Shown here: positions 1-11,672 of the stretch, piece by piece
Layout of the letters: each line of letters opens with the position of its first letter
How positions within the stretch are numbered: position 1 is the stretch's first letter
NCBI GenBank assembly: GCA_964016885.1
Contig: OZ024740.1
Span: forward strand, 58,032,001-58,096,000
Origin: Eledone cirrhosa
Taxonomy: Eukaryota
DNA: 64,000 nt
Direction: 5' to 3'
Made by a program: the position numbers and the translations under genes
Notes under the pieces: model-generated
Database searches by the model: none
What the model was told of the DNA's origin: nothing
Seen by the model: only the letters and a program-made list of their open reading frames with translations

Positions 1-46
1 CATCGAAAGCTACTTGAACCGTCCTTTGGACGGGTATTTTAGCTAG
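1..46 (+). mobile_element. 3' terminus of a Helitron-like element entering the window from the left
   Basis: Perfect hairpin CCGTCC-TTT-GGACGG (19-33), then CTAG (43-46) 9 nt downstream and a flanking T. This is the canonical Helitron 3' signature. Confidence 0.6.
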
Positions 47-472
47 TATATATATATAAAAGTCCACAACTCAGAATTTGCAACTTTTGCACAACTTAAG
101 CTATTAGATGAAAAATAACCATGAAATATAGTTACTGTCTTTGAAATAATTTTGAAATGAAATTACAAGATGAATGGATTTACGGTCATACACAATATCA
201 AACAATAAGCGGTGCAACACTTTATTCATAGAAAGATATGAACTCCATATACTGAAAAAGAATTTCTTTCTTTAATTTGAAAGAAATGAACTGCTCATTG
301 CATCCATTATGCACAAAATCTATAAATTGATAGCATTACTTATATAGTTTTAAGACACAAATGAATATTCCCGTCAGTTTTGTTTATCTTTTTCAAATTG
401 AAACCAAGAATATGAATAGTCTTAAACAGCGATTGTAGTTCAGAATCCTATTTTTATTCAGAAAGCATTTTA

Positions 473-654
473 TAATAATTGTTTCTACTTTTGGCACAAA
501 GCCAGCAATTACCCAGTACATTACTGATGCTTTATTTTATCGACCCCATAAGGATGAAAGGTAAAGTTAACCTCTGTGGGATTTGAACTCAATCCGTAAA
601 GGGACGTAACTATGCTGGAAAGCATGGTGTCCGACTCTCTACTGATACTGCCAA
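473..654 (-). mobile_element. tRNA-type SINE, family 1
   Basis: Reverse complement of the 3365-3545 copy. Has an A-box-like TGGCAGTATC head, a GAGTTCAAATC B box, the core GCCTTTCATCCTT..GGGGTCGATAAA and an ATT tail. Confidence 0.85.
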
Positions 655-664
655 TAATGATATC

Positions 665-1165
665 TAATTTAGGCAGAAGCTCAACAATTTTGAGAGAGGG
701 GAAAGCTGATTAAATAGACCCAGTAATTGACTGGAACTTTATTTTATTGACCCTGGATAAATGAAAGGCAAAATTGACCTCAGTAGATTTTGAACTTAGA
801 ATGTAATGGGCTGTATTTAAATGACACCTAGCATTTTGTCTGACACTAATGATTCTGACTATTCACCACCCTAAAGCTATTTCTAATAATAGGAATATTA
901 ACTACTTATATAGGAATGAAGCCTTACAGTTGTGATGTTTAATAATGGTTTATGATGTAGGCACAAGGCCAACAATTTTGGGGGAGAGGAATGTTCATTA
1001 AATAGACACCAGTGCATTACTGGTACTTTATTTTATCAACCTCATAAGGATGAAAAAAGCAAAGCTAAACTTGGTGGGATATGAAATCAGAACGTAAAGG
1101 GCTGTAACTTTAGGCTGCGAAGCATAGTGTCCAATGTTCTACTGATATTGATAATCCACTGCCCT
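665..1165 (-). mobile_element. two older diverged family-1 SINE copies (about 665-870 and 955-1165)
   Basis: Degenerate matches to the same core (ttttattga/atgaaaggcaaa/ttgaact) and the tail ggcacaaggcc. Confidence 0.7.
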
Positions 1166-1659
1166 TTGGAACAATGGGAAGGTTTAGTGTTTAGTAATTT
1201 ACTACTGTTATTTGCATATAACTGAAATGGAGTAATGTATTTAAAAAAATTAGAACTTTCTCCAATACTTATTATTGAAGACAAATATTAGTGGGGTTTT
1301 GTTACCTATTAGTATCACTTGGATTAATTCCCATCTCTGTACATGAAATTATATACCACCTTTTCAAGTGATTTCATGCCTCTCACTTTTTCCTCCTGTA
1401 ACTTCGGATAAATACACACCTCATTAAGCTCAAGCTCATTTCATATATAGTTGTATTCATGTGTAAACAAATTTATCATAGCACCAGCACTAAAAAGGTT
1501 GTCTTGTCTCCTGGAAGGTTAAGAAGTCCTATAGATAGTCTCTGTTTTCGAAAGTGAATGTGATTGAGAGAATGTGATTAGGAAGAGATGTTATGACTGG
1601 GAAGTTGGAGAAGAGACAATAGATATGAGGACATCTCATTAAAAAATATTTTGTTAAGT

Positions 1660-1940
1660 GGTCATGTCTGTAAAGTAGTTGTATAGGTGTCACAACAAAA
1701 AGCACCCAGTCCACACTGTAATGTGGTCGTGTTGGTGACATGACAAAAAGCACCCTGTGCTCACTGTAAATGAGGTTGGCATTAGGAAGGGCATCTAGCT
1801 GTAGAAACCAAGCCAAAATCAGTTCTGTATGTGCAAGATGTGGTTACCTGACCTAGCATTGCCCACAACAGGACAACTTGTCTAACCCATGCTAGCATAG
1901 GAAAATTGATGTAAAACGGTGATGATGATAATGACAATAA
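1660..1940 (+). mobile_element. short element made of the RTE-A/B-type 3' tail
   Basis: AAAAAGCACCC repeats, GGTTGGCATTAGGAAGGGCATCTAGCTGTAGAAAC, CCATGCTAGCAT and a (GAT)n tail, matching 20545-20804. Confidence 0.8.
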
Positions 1941-2739
1941 TGAAAGAACTAGATCAAGGAACAATACTTCAGAATCAGGGAATTATATAAAATAAAACAT
2001 GCATAAGTAAAATGATGGTAATCCTTGAGACTGTTTACGACAACTAAATGTTAAAAATATGATCACTATCATAGCTGTTTCAATAGTATGCTATAATTAT
2101 TTTATTTTCAAATAGAAATTAAATTAACACAAATAAATATTTAAAGAAGAAAAGATAATTACAATATTTACAACACAGTATTTAAGATAAATTAGGCATA
2201 GAATATATTTTGTTCAAAGACATTGTAGAGGTCACTGCAGTAAAATAACAATTATTGTAAAATAGCTATTGTAGGATCACAAAAATATCAAATAGAGAAT
2301 CAATATAAGCTAACGCAAATATCTACAAACATGAAGAAAACATGTTTTGTCTTCAGAGAGGCCAATAGGTATAAAATAGAAACGGAAGTATCAGAGAACA
2401 TTGAAGCAAAGGAAGAATCTATAAGAAAAAAGTAAAAATATTGAGTAGGAGAGGAAACTTAAACTCAAAGTAAATTATTTGCTATGACCAGACAGAAACA
2501 AGAACATTTTCTACACAAGTATCCCTTATGTTATGAACTACATTCACAGACATTGTAAAATATATATAACACTAATAATTTTCAGATATAGCTTATATTT
2601 CTGCCTTTATGGGAATTTAAGTAAATTTTAACTATTTTCAAAACTATAATCAGGTCATATATGCATTAAAAAATCTTTTCTTTTTCGAAATAATATTTAA
2701 TGTCTATGACATGGAAGTCAATGGGAAAATAAGTTTTCT

Positions 2740-3150
2740 GTTGTAGAATTTGTCAAAACTGAATGTTATTTGCAGACATGACAAATCTGTAAGATAGATA
2801 CTCTGAAAGCTCAGCCAACTGAAGTAGGATGATAAAACCATAAATCACAAGATATCTTTGAAAGTATATACAAAACCATGTTCTGGAGTTTGTCTGCTTT
2901 CTATGCCAAGCACAAACAAGAGCAAGATTGGTCTTTTCTCATAGACACATCAATCTCAACATGCTACAATATATCTCTGAATGAAATGGAAAAATTGTCT
3001 AAATACAATGACCTGAAAATAGAAATAACCTGAATGATATTAGGTACAACAATTATAACAAAATTAACAAACATATAACCAAGCTCCTTCATATTTATAT
3101 AACATACAAAAAAAAATAACACTACTAGGTATAGCACATATATAACCTAC
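2740..3150 (+). mobile_element. decayed 3' coding end (restriction-like endonuclease region) of an R4/Dong-type non-LTR retrotransposon
   Basis: Manual translation gives LIDTSIS..NISLNEMEKLSKYNDLKIEIT and KITLLGIAHI, resembling the RLE C-terminus of the R4/Dong clade. Contains stops and frameshifts. Confidence 0.65.
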
Positions 3151-3364
3151 TGTAAAAATCATGTCCTCAAAGCATATATACATATTTACCCATTCTACAC
3201 ACAACTATTCTATGCACATGAAAGCCACAGACATTATATGCTTGGTTATGTAGTAGAAACACAGTAAATGGATATTCTTTTCATAAAATATATTTAAATA
3301 TAAGTATAATAATTATAGTGAGAATAATACTTTTTAACTTGCATTAAATTTATACGTGGGAATG

Positions 3365-3545
3365 TGAATTGGCAGTATCGGTAGAGAGTCGGACACCATG
3401 CTTTGAAGCATAGAGTTACGTCCCTTTATGATCTGAGTTCAAATCCCGCCGAGGTTAACTTTGCCTTTCATCCTTACGGGGTCGATAAAATAAAGTACCA
3501 GTAATGTACTAGGTAATTGCTGGCCTTGTGCCTAAAATAGAAACA
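3365..3545 (+). mobile_element. tRNA-type SINE, family 1, with 22-bp TSD
   Basis: Pol III A/B box-like motifs (TGGCAGTATCGG, GAGTTCAAATC). TSD ATTAAATTTATACGTGGGAATG at 3343-3364 and 3546-3567. Confidence 0.92.
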
Positions 3546-3558
3546 ATTAAATTTATAC

Positions 3559-3737
3559 GTGGGAATGGGAAGTTGTGATCTTTATAATTCCCTAATAGTT
3601 ACAATTGAGAACATACAAGAGTGGGAATGGGAAGTTGTGATCTTTATAATTCCCTAATAGTTACAATTGAGAACATACAAGAGTGGGAATGGGAAGTTGT
3701 GATCTTTATAATTCCCTAATAGTTACAATTGAGAACA
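3559..3737. repeat. 62-bp tandem repeat, about 2.9 identical copies
   Basis: Unit GTGGGAATGGGAAGTTGTGATC...GAGAACATACAAGA starts at 3559, 3621 and 3683. Confidence 0.95.
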
Positions 3738-3964
3738 AATAACTGTTGTTTCAACTGTTTTGAATGCATGTAGAACTACTACAACTATGGCTAAATCTGG
3801 AATTCAAGGAAACTAGCACTGGTCTGTGTTAGCAATAATTAGTCAATAAAATGGTTTGATAAGTTCAGTTGCCATGAGGAAAGGGCCTGAAACAGATCCT
3901 TCACTCCCTACTACAGATAGTAAGCTATTTTTTTTTTTTTCCATTAGAAGATAATACCTATAGA

Positions 3965-4145
3965 AATATTGGCTCTCCATTGGTTCCGATGACAAATGTT
4001 CCTATTGACTTGATCAATGGAACAGCATGCTCAAGATATTAATGTGCATGTGCACCGTTAATGTTCTTAAGGAGATTCTGCATGACACATGGGATCTGAC
4101 AAGGCTGGGTGGACTGGAGCAAAGAGAAATAAAGTGTCTTCGAGG
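3965..4145 (-). mobile_element. SINE family 3 fragment
   Basis: Reverse complement resembles 33668-33960 and the AAGACACTTTATTTC..TTGCTCCAGT motif at 45383-45410. Confidence 0.55.
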
Positions 4146-4296
4146 ATCCAACCTATAAAAATATGACTTAGATGTAGCTTGACCTCTTAAAAAACAAAAT
4201 AGCATGAAAATTTAGAAATACTGTAGCAGTAGTTAACTTCAAATGTTTACCAATGAGAATTGTCTATTTTGCTAGAACAATACATAGCATAATTAA

Positions 4297-4298
<2 letters not shown>

Positions 4299-4341
<43 letters not shown>

Positions 4342-4354
4342 TGAGAGAGAGAGA
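4299..4354. repeat. (GT)n(GA)n microsatellite
   Basis: Directly visible. Confidence 0.95.
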
Positions 4355-5430
4355 AAATTCAATTGCGAAAGTAAATTAAATTTTCCGATAGAAAGGGCTA
4401 ACTTTTGCTGATGCAGAACAATAATTTCCTTGGATTCCACTGTTTTACTAACATTTAGTAATTTGGTCTCTTCCGGTATGTGAATAATAGTACTATTTTA
4501 ATATTGAGAGTTGTTCAGATTTTAATGATTGTTATCATAAAATATCAATGATGTTTTTAAAATACAAAACCTTTGTAGTCAAAAGCTATTTTTCTTATTC
4601 TGGTAATATAAATACATTTTTAAAATCTCAAACGTTGCTTTTTTTCTTTCATTATTTTTGACTGTAGATATTTTTTGTAGCTTTCTTTTAACATTACTAC
4701 TATATATACAAAATCAATAGAAACTACTTGTTTACATTTATTTTCTTTAAAAATCTTATACTCCACTTATATGAATGTCTTACAATTCTGTTATTTTGAA
4801 ATTTATATACTTTGTTGCCACATAGTTTGTATAGATAAAATAACTGGCTAATTTTGCCAAGGAAATATTTTTTGTATAAGTAACCAATTAATTACTGCAA
4901 TAAAGAAGGACAATGTTGTAAAGATTTGGTATTTCAAATGTAATTTATTAAAATTTACTTGACTTTTTATCCCCACTTCCTCTAGATTTATTGAGACATA
5001 ACCTGTTAAGTATTTTTTTAAAATTTGCTGCCCTTTTTTATATTTACTAGAATGGAGGCAGAGTTGTTAGAACATCAGATAGAATGTCTTGCAGTATTCT
5101 TTCTGACTCTCTGCTCAGTTCAAATCCTGTAGAGTTTAACTTGCCTTTCATCATTTACTAGTATCTTATATATCTGAATATAACTAGTGACTATATTTCA
5201 TTTATGAAAGTATCACTTTTATTTATCATAAATGTATTTCATGAAGTTAACACCTGTAGAAGATTTCTCTAAGAAATTTATATGGATTTTAATAACTTAT
5301 TGAGTATTACATTTACTACAAGGAAGCAGATATTTTCTTGTGAAATATGTTTTCACTCTGTCTCACATACACAATAAATAAATTGATGAAATTAACTGTC
5401 TGAATATTTACCATTATTAACTATTACTAA

Positions 5431-5614
5431 CTGACAGATTGTCAGTATCTGTAGAGTGTCAGACACCATGCTTTGCAGCATAGTTATGGCCCCTTATGGT
5501 CTGAGTTCAAATCCTGCCGAGGTTAACTTTGCCTTTCATCCTTACAGGGTCAATAAAATAAAGCACCAGTAATGCACTGGGGTAATTGCTGGCCTTATGC
5601 CAAAAGTAGAAACG
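5431..5614 (+). mobile_element. tRNA-type SINE, family 1, with 18-bp TSD
   Basis: High similarity to 3365-3545. TSD ATTATTAACTATTACTAA at 5413-5430 and 5615-5632. Confidence 0.92.
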
Positions 5615-6378
5615 ATTATTAACTATTACTAATGATATCATCATCAATGTTTTTCCCCATGTAGGCATGGGTGGGTCAGCTGTACACTATATTGCCAGTC
5701 ATCTTGATCTTTTGTTAGCTATCTGGAAGGCCCAGCATCCTCACAACCAATATTATATATTCCAATCTTGTTCTGCATGGAAAGCAGCTGTAAAATTATG
5801 ATGATTACATGTTTTCTTCTGACACAAGTTCCCTTCATATATTGGCTGTAGTAAACTGAGAGAGTAGCAGGGCTTCTTTTAACTTTCCTGTGCATTTGAG
5901 TAGTTTATTCATTGTTAATCTATCAGATCTTACATCTTTTGCATACATGTTGTTTGCATTATATAACACAGTAAGAATTTCTACCTATTCCTTCTCTACA
6001 TATTGAGCAAAACCATTTCTATGATGGTACTGAAATTTGTGCTTAATACAGTGATCATTGTCATGTGCTACTTTAGCTATTTGCTCATGAATTTACCAAA
6101 ACAATGAAAATGTTGACACTGTGCACAAAATAGCCCACTTCTAGCTGGAAGACATGCTGTACCAATAATTGGAATGGATTGTTCATTATGACTGCTAACA
6201 ATTAACATCTCTATGGAGCACTTCTAAGTCTTCAGCTTTGCTTAAATATATCACAATACTTTCATTCTGTACAAGCAAAATCCATGAACCACCAACTATA
6301 TCTAAATTACAAGTCCAACTATTACTATTGTGCCAGGAAATTTATTGTCATGACTGGCTGAGATAACTTCAATATATA

Positions 6379-6700
6379 GGTGCAGGCATGGATGTGTGGT
6401 TAATGAGTTTAGTCCTACTGCATGGCACTTTAGGCAAGTTTCATCTACTAAAATGCCAGGTTGGCCAATGCCTAATAAGTAAAATTTGGTAGACAGAAAC
6501 TGCAGAAGTTCATGGTGTATGTGTTCATTTCTATGTTTATATCCCATAACATAAGTTTGACAAAGAGATGAATATAATAAGAACCAGACGTCAAAAAAGT
6601 AAGTACATAGGATAATACGATTAACTAAAGTCAAAAGCACCGTTCCAATATGGCAATAGTCTAATGGCTGCAACCAGTAAATGAATGAAAGAATAAATAT
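6379..6700 (+). mobile_element. SINE family 2 (diverged)
   Basis: GCAGGCATGG..GTGTGGTTAA head, GGCAAGT core-like motif and TTTGGTAGACAGAAACTG; similar to 35222-35381. Confidence 0.65.
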
Positions 6701-8419
6701 AACATGATGTCATTAAATCAATGTTTTTGAATAATTTTTAAATCTACGCTGTTAAATCTAAAGAATTGGTAATATTACATTTATAACACGTCATGCAATT
6801 GTACTAGAGGTTACAAAGGAGGAACAGGAAAACTCCTAAATATCAGAACTATGGAACATCAAAAAGCTCTACTCAGATTTGAAATGACTGTCAGAAATTT
6901 CAGAATGGGCATGGTCTGAAAATGGAACCATGATGGTATGAGGTAATGTTTCTATTACAGACAAAAAGCTGCAGTGAAAATTATAGAAAACAGAAGGCTG
7001 TGTTTAGTGTGTTGACTGAGAACCTAATCAGACTTGGTATATTCTAATATGGAAGCTATTATGAGAAAATGATTAACATTTAAAAAATGTTTCCACCAGT
7101 ATTAATAACTCATCTAAAAAACTTCATTCTGAGTTTTGATTTTTATTTAAAACCCATGTAAAGACAAAATTAAGTGAAATTGCTTTAAATTTAAAGTACA
7201 TCTATCTTTGCTGTAGACTTATCTCACTAGAAAAATAAAATCAATATTAAAGTGCTATGTATTGATGTATTCATAGATTAGTAGTAGTAGAAGTAGCATC
7301 CTCAAAAGCATGACTCCATAGTTATACATACTTTATACATATATTTGTATAGTAGTACTAGTTGACCTATGAGTTTTGCATAGCCAGTTACTATATAAAC
7401 TATTTTCCATTGCCATTTGCCATGATGTTTGGAAAATCTTTAGCAAAGGTATTGTGTTAGACATCAGGCATTCCATATATCACCACTCATCAGAATTACT
7501 TTCAAGCTATTCTTTTATGGCATGTTTTAATTAGGTGCTGAATTAATAATCTTTAGAGTATGGCTTGTTTGCATGTCGCCCACCTCACTGGAATCTATTC
7601 ATCTGCACAAGACTCATCCCTTCATCTTTCTCCCAAGCCCTGTGGCAATGGAGTGCTCTGTGATGGAGTCAGGATCAGGTTGGATCTAGAAGTCTCTAGC
7701 ATGGCCCCTGCACATAGGTGACATATGGCTAATGGTTGCTGGAGGAAGCCTCTCTAATTTTCACATTATCCACTCAGTTGTTCTTCTGAACTTAGTTTTC
7801 TCATACGTTTATGCTTTTCAACATTAATGGCCTAGTTACTGTCAAAGAATTGATGCTGTTGTGCTGGTTATAAGACCTACACCCTCCTACACGAAAATTT
7901 GTATACACATAATCTCATCACTTCTTATCTGGTTTGCACACCTTGCATAATTCCTTAAACAGGGACCTTACATCCTTATTTTCAGAAAGTCCTATAATGT
8001 GAACATGACAACCTTGTCACATTCAACAAACCTGCAATACTGATATATATCTCCAAAAAACATTACCCACAATGTAACAGCTTTACTAATAAACAATGCA
8101 CAGTTAAAACCAATAGTAGGCAGAAACTCACGATTGGGTGAGTGGACAGCAGGACGATTTTCAGAAGAACTCCCATCAAGGAACAGTTTCAGCCCTTGAT
8201 TCCACTCTAAGGGTGTTGAGCCCATCTAGGTCAAAACTCTTAGGTGTTTTGCTGCTGTTTTTCTCCTCCAGCAGGTAATCTTGTTTCCCATTCCTGTTGA
8301 CTACACCACATGGTCACAAATACCATCGGTAGATCTAACGCTTCACATCTATTTAAACAGCAATCATGATTTGTTGTATCTTAACTTAATTCCAGTTGTC
8401 ATTCCTATTTGACCATAGC

Positions 8420-9150
8420 CACATTGAGCTTTCCTAAATTGTCAATACAAGGCTTTATAATTTTGAGGATTATTTGTGGTAAGATAAGAAATAGTATGTC
8501 TGCAAATTCCAGCTGATTGATCCTATATCCGCCAGTTTTGATACCATTTTCAACCCAGCTAAGCATATCAATCCTGTTCATGAAGATTATGAACAGGAGA
8601 AGTGAGAGTTTGCACCTTGATGGAGTCTGCCACCCACATTGGTTTTGGCTTGGTAACATTTATCCAAACACAAATACTAGAGCATTCATTTATGGATATC
8701 AGGGCAACAAGAAGCTGTCTATCGATATCATTACCCTGCAGAACCTTCCACAACAGGTCCTGTGGAATGTGGTCATATGCATTTTCAAGGTCTATGAAAC
8801 AAGCATAAACTTCTTGGCAATACAATTTCTCAAAGACCAGCCTCAGTGTGAATATTTAGTCAGCTGTACTGCATCCAGGGCCAAAAACACACTGTTCGTC
8901 AGCTAGCTTGGACTTGACAATATCTCTACCTCTCTTTGTCAGACACTTAGCTTGGACTTTACCAGGGAGGCTTCACAAGGAGAATCCTCTTTAATTGGAG
9001 CTATCTCTCTTGTCTCTCTTTTTGAAAATTAGGACTATCACTTCTAGTTGCCATTGCTTCGGTGTCTTTCTACATGAGTCAGCCAGAGGTTACCTTCTCT
9101 AGTTAAGGCTTTTGATACAACAGCTTTCTTGATTCCTCTGAACTTGGTGA
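8420..9150 (-). mobile_element. decayed RT fragment of an Expander/Rex3-like RTE LINE
   Basis: ORF fragments CFIDLENAYDHIPQDLLWKVL and LSLLLFIIFMNRI..INQLEFAD correspond to RT motifs. Confidence 0.8.
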
Positions 9151-9904
9151 CTGTATACCACATTTACTTAAACAAAATTGTTGCAACTGCGTATTCTATT
9201 AACGACGCTGTGTCCTTTTCATATTCTACTTCTTATCAAGTTTCCCTTCAACTACTAGTGTGAAAGAATTCAAATTGAGCACTAGTTGTATTATCATCCA
9301 TCCAGGTGTTGATATCTCCCAGTTTAGAAGGGTTGAATGACAATGATGCTATCTCTATTTTTCATACCTTTTTATTAAAAAAAAAAAAAAGTAGCAGATT
9401 GATAAATGTTTATCATTATAAGATATTGAACTCAATTATTACTAGATTATATATATATAAAATCATCATTTTATATCTGTTCTTCCATTCGTTATTCATC
9501 AAACTACTGTTGTCTTAGATGAGCTGGAAGCCACATCTCTCTTAGATATTTTCTAGTTTTGGGATAGTTTCTATAGATAGATGCCTTTCCTTTATTTAAG
9601 TTGCATATATACTTTTCTCATTTACCAGTTTTACAGAATTAATCTTTTTCGATTCACATGGAATCTGAAAGCTTAGAAATTCTTTAATGTTCTTTTCTAA
9701 AATAAATCCAAGTTAACTGAAACAATTCTGTAAAACTAGTAAATGAATTGACAGTATAGCATACTCTGCTCTCTGAATCATTGAGTACTTTACTTTGTAT
9801 CTGTGAGCATTGTTCTCATGAGCAAAATATAAGAATTTCTACTTATGTTTATGTATATATGTATGTATATATATAACTATATAAGTGCTTTATTATGATG
9901 TGTG

Positions 9905-10120
9905 AAGAGCAGTCAATTAACAGAATGGTTAGAGTATCAGACAAAATGCATTGCAGTCTTTATTCCGAATCTTTACTTTCTGAGTTGTAATCTATCTGAG
10001 GTCAATGTTGCTTTTCATCCTTCCAAAGTCGATTAAATAAAGTACCCATCAAGTATTGAAGTTATAACCAACTTCCCTTCCCCTCCAATTTGCTTGCCTT
10101 TTACTTAAATTATAAAACTA
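9905..10120 (+). mobile_element. diverged family-1 SINE whose tail is split by the Helitron
   Basis: Core gcttttcatccttccaaagtcgattaaataaagtacc. The tail ...tataaaacta continues as ttat at 14100. Confidence 0.65.
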
Positions 10121-10235
10121 CTAGCAGAATGGCCCGGCGTTGCTCGGGATTTGCTATAGGGTTCTTATATATTTGATATATATTTATCCTTATCGAACCT
10201 CGTGAAATAAATACGTTTGTTTATATTTTGTTATT

Positions 10236-10807
10236 CATCATCATCATCGTTTAACGTCCGTGTTCCACGCTTGCATGGGTTTGGACGGGAGTTTTCCCAC
10301 TTGAGGCAAGAGTGATTGTCTTGCTCGCATAGGACTGTCTGGCGGGTTTTCTACAGCTGGATGCTCTTCCCAACACCAACCACATTTACAGTGTGGGGCT
10401 GGGAGGTTTTTACCGTGTTGCCTACACGGCCACATTACAGCGTGGACTGTGTGTTTTTTTGTCATGACAGCTACACGATCTCCTTTGTTTCGGCCTGGAT
10501 GTTGTGGCACCAACATAACTTTACATTGAAAGGGGCGGTGTGGATGGGGTGGGGGTGGTGGGACGGGGGTGTATTTTGTTAGGGATGCCTACTGACTGTA
10601 GTAGGTTTTACTTTGTATTTAGGTAAGGCGGGTCTTCTCTATTACTGAGTACCGCCAAAGGTCTCGGTCCAGTGACATTGTCTTGGAGAGGTGTAAGTGT
10701 GTGAGGTCGGAATTTATCAGCTCGTCCCAGGTTTTTCTGGGTCTGCCTACTCCGTAGCTACCGTCTATCTTTATTGCCCTGCACTTTGTTATACAGCTGT
10801 CGTCTTG
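10236..10807 (-). mobile_element. 5'-truncated RTE subfamily A copy inserted in the Helitron
   Basis: ORF end IKIDGSYGVGRPRKTWDELINSDL, 3' UTR and (GAT)n tail. Confidence 0.9.
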
Positions 10808-11672
10808 CAAAAATATCTGTCCATAAATATATAATTATATATATATATATATATTAAAATAACAGACTAAAGTTTAAGCAAAGAATCACTGCTTTCACCC
10901 TTAACGGGATATTCTACCTAAAAGCAGTATGAAGTACATACACTAAGACTAATTGATGTAATCTTTGGCCTTGTTTGTTTATATTTTGTTTTTGTGTATG
11001 CAAAAATATCTGTACACGAATATCTATATTAAAATAACATATTAATGTTTAATCAAAGAATCGCTGCTTTCAACCTTAACGGGATCTTCTTAAACTAAAA
11101 AAATCAATCTGGAAAACAGGAAGATGATACTTTGGTTCGTGAAGACGTTCCCTGACATAAGAATATATATACACACACACACTGATCGCATCATAATGAC
11201 GTAATGCAGACAGTCAGGCATACAGACAGATATTATGAAGGCACGACGTCATATCTATGTATCTATCTAAAAAGAGAAAGACTAAGAGAAAGAGATCGCT
11301 AAATCGCCTAATGCGGTCCCTAGAGCATTGAAAATTTGAAATTTTTTTTGCTCAAAACACTTCCGGGGTCATACGAGTTACATGTATAAAGTTTGAAAAA
11401 AACCGGTTGGGTACTTCTCGAGTTTTAGGGAAACAGACACACAGACATCCTCTGTTTTATATATATAGACTAGCAGAAAACCACCCGGTGGGCGGTTTTC
11501 TGCTAGCAAATCTAGTGTATATACTGATATTGTTGAGATTTGGATGGGAAATGTTTTCGGCACCACATGTTCACCGTCTCTCGGTGTGTCTTTTATGCAT
11601 ATATAAATATATATGTTATCTATACGGTGAAATCTTTGAAATAAATATATGTTAAAACGAAAAAGGAGAAAA

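Noticed and set aside
3365-3450. tRNA gene
   Set aside because: A/B boxes are present but there is no cloverleaf; it has TSDs and many dispersed copies, so it is a SINE head.
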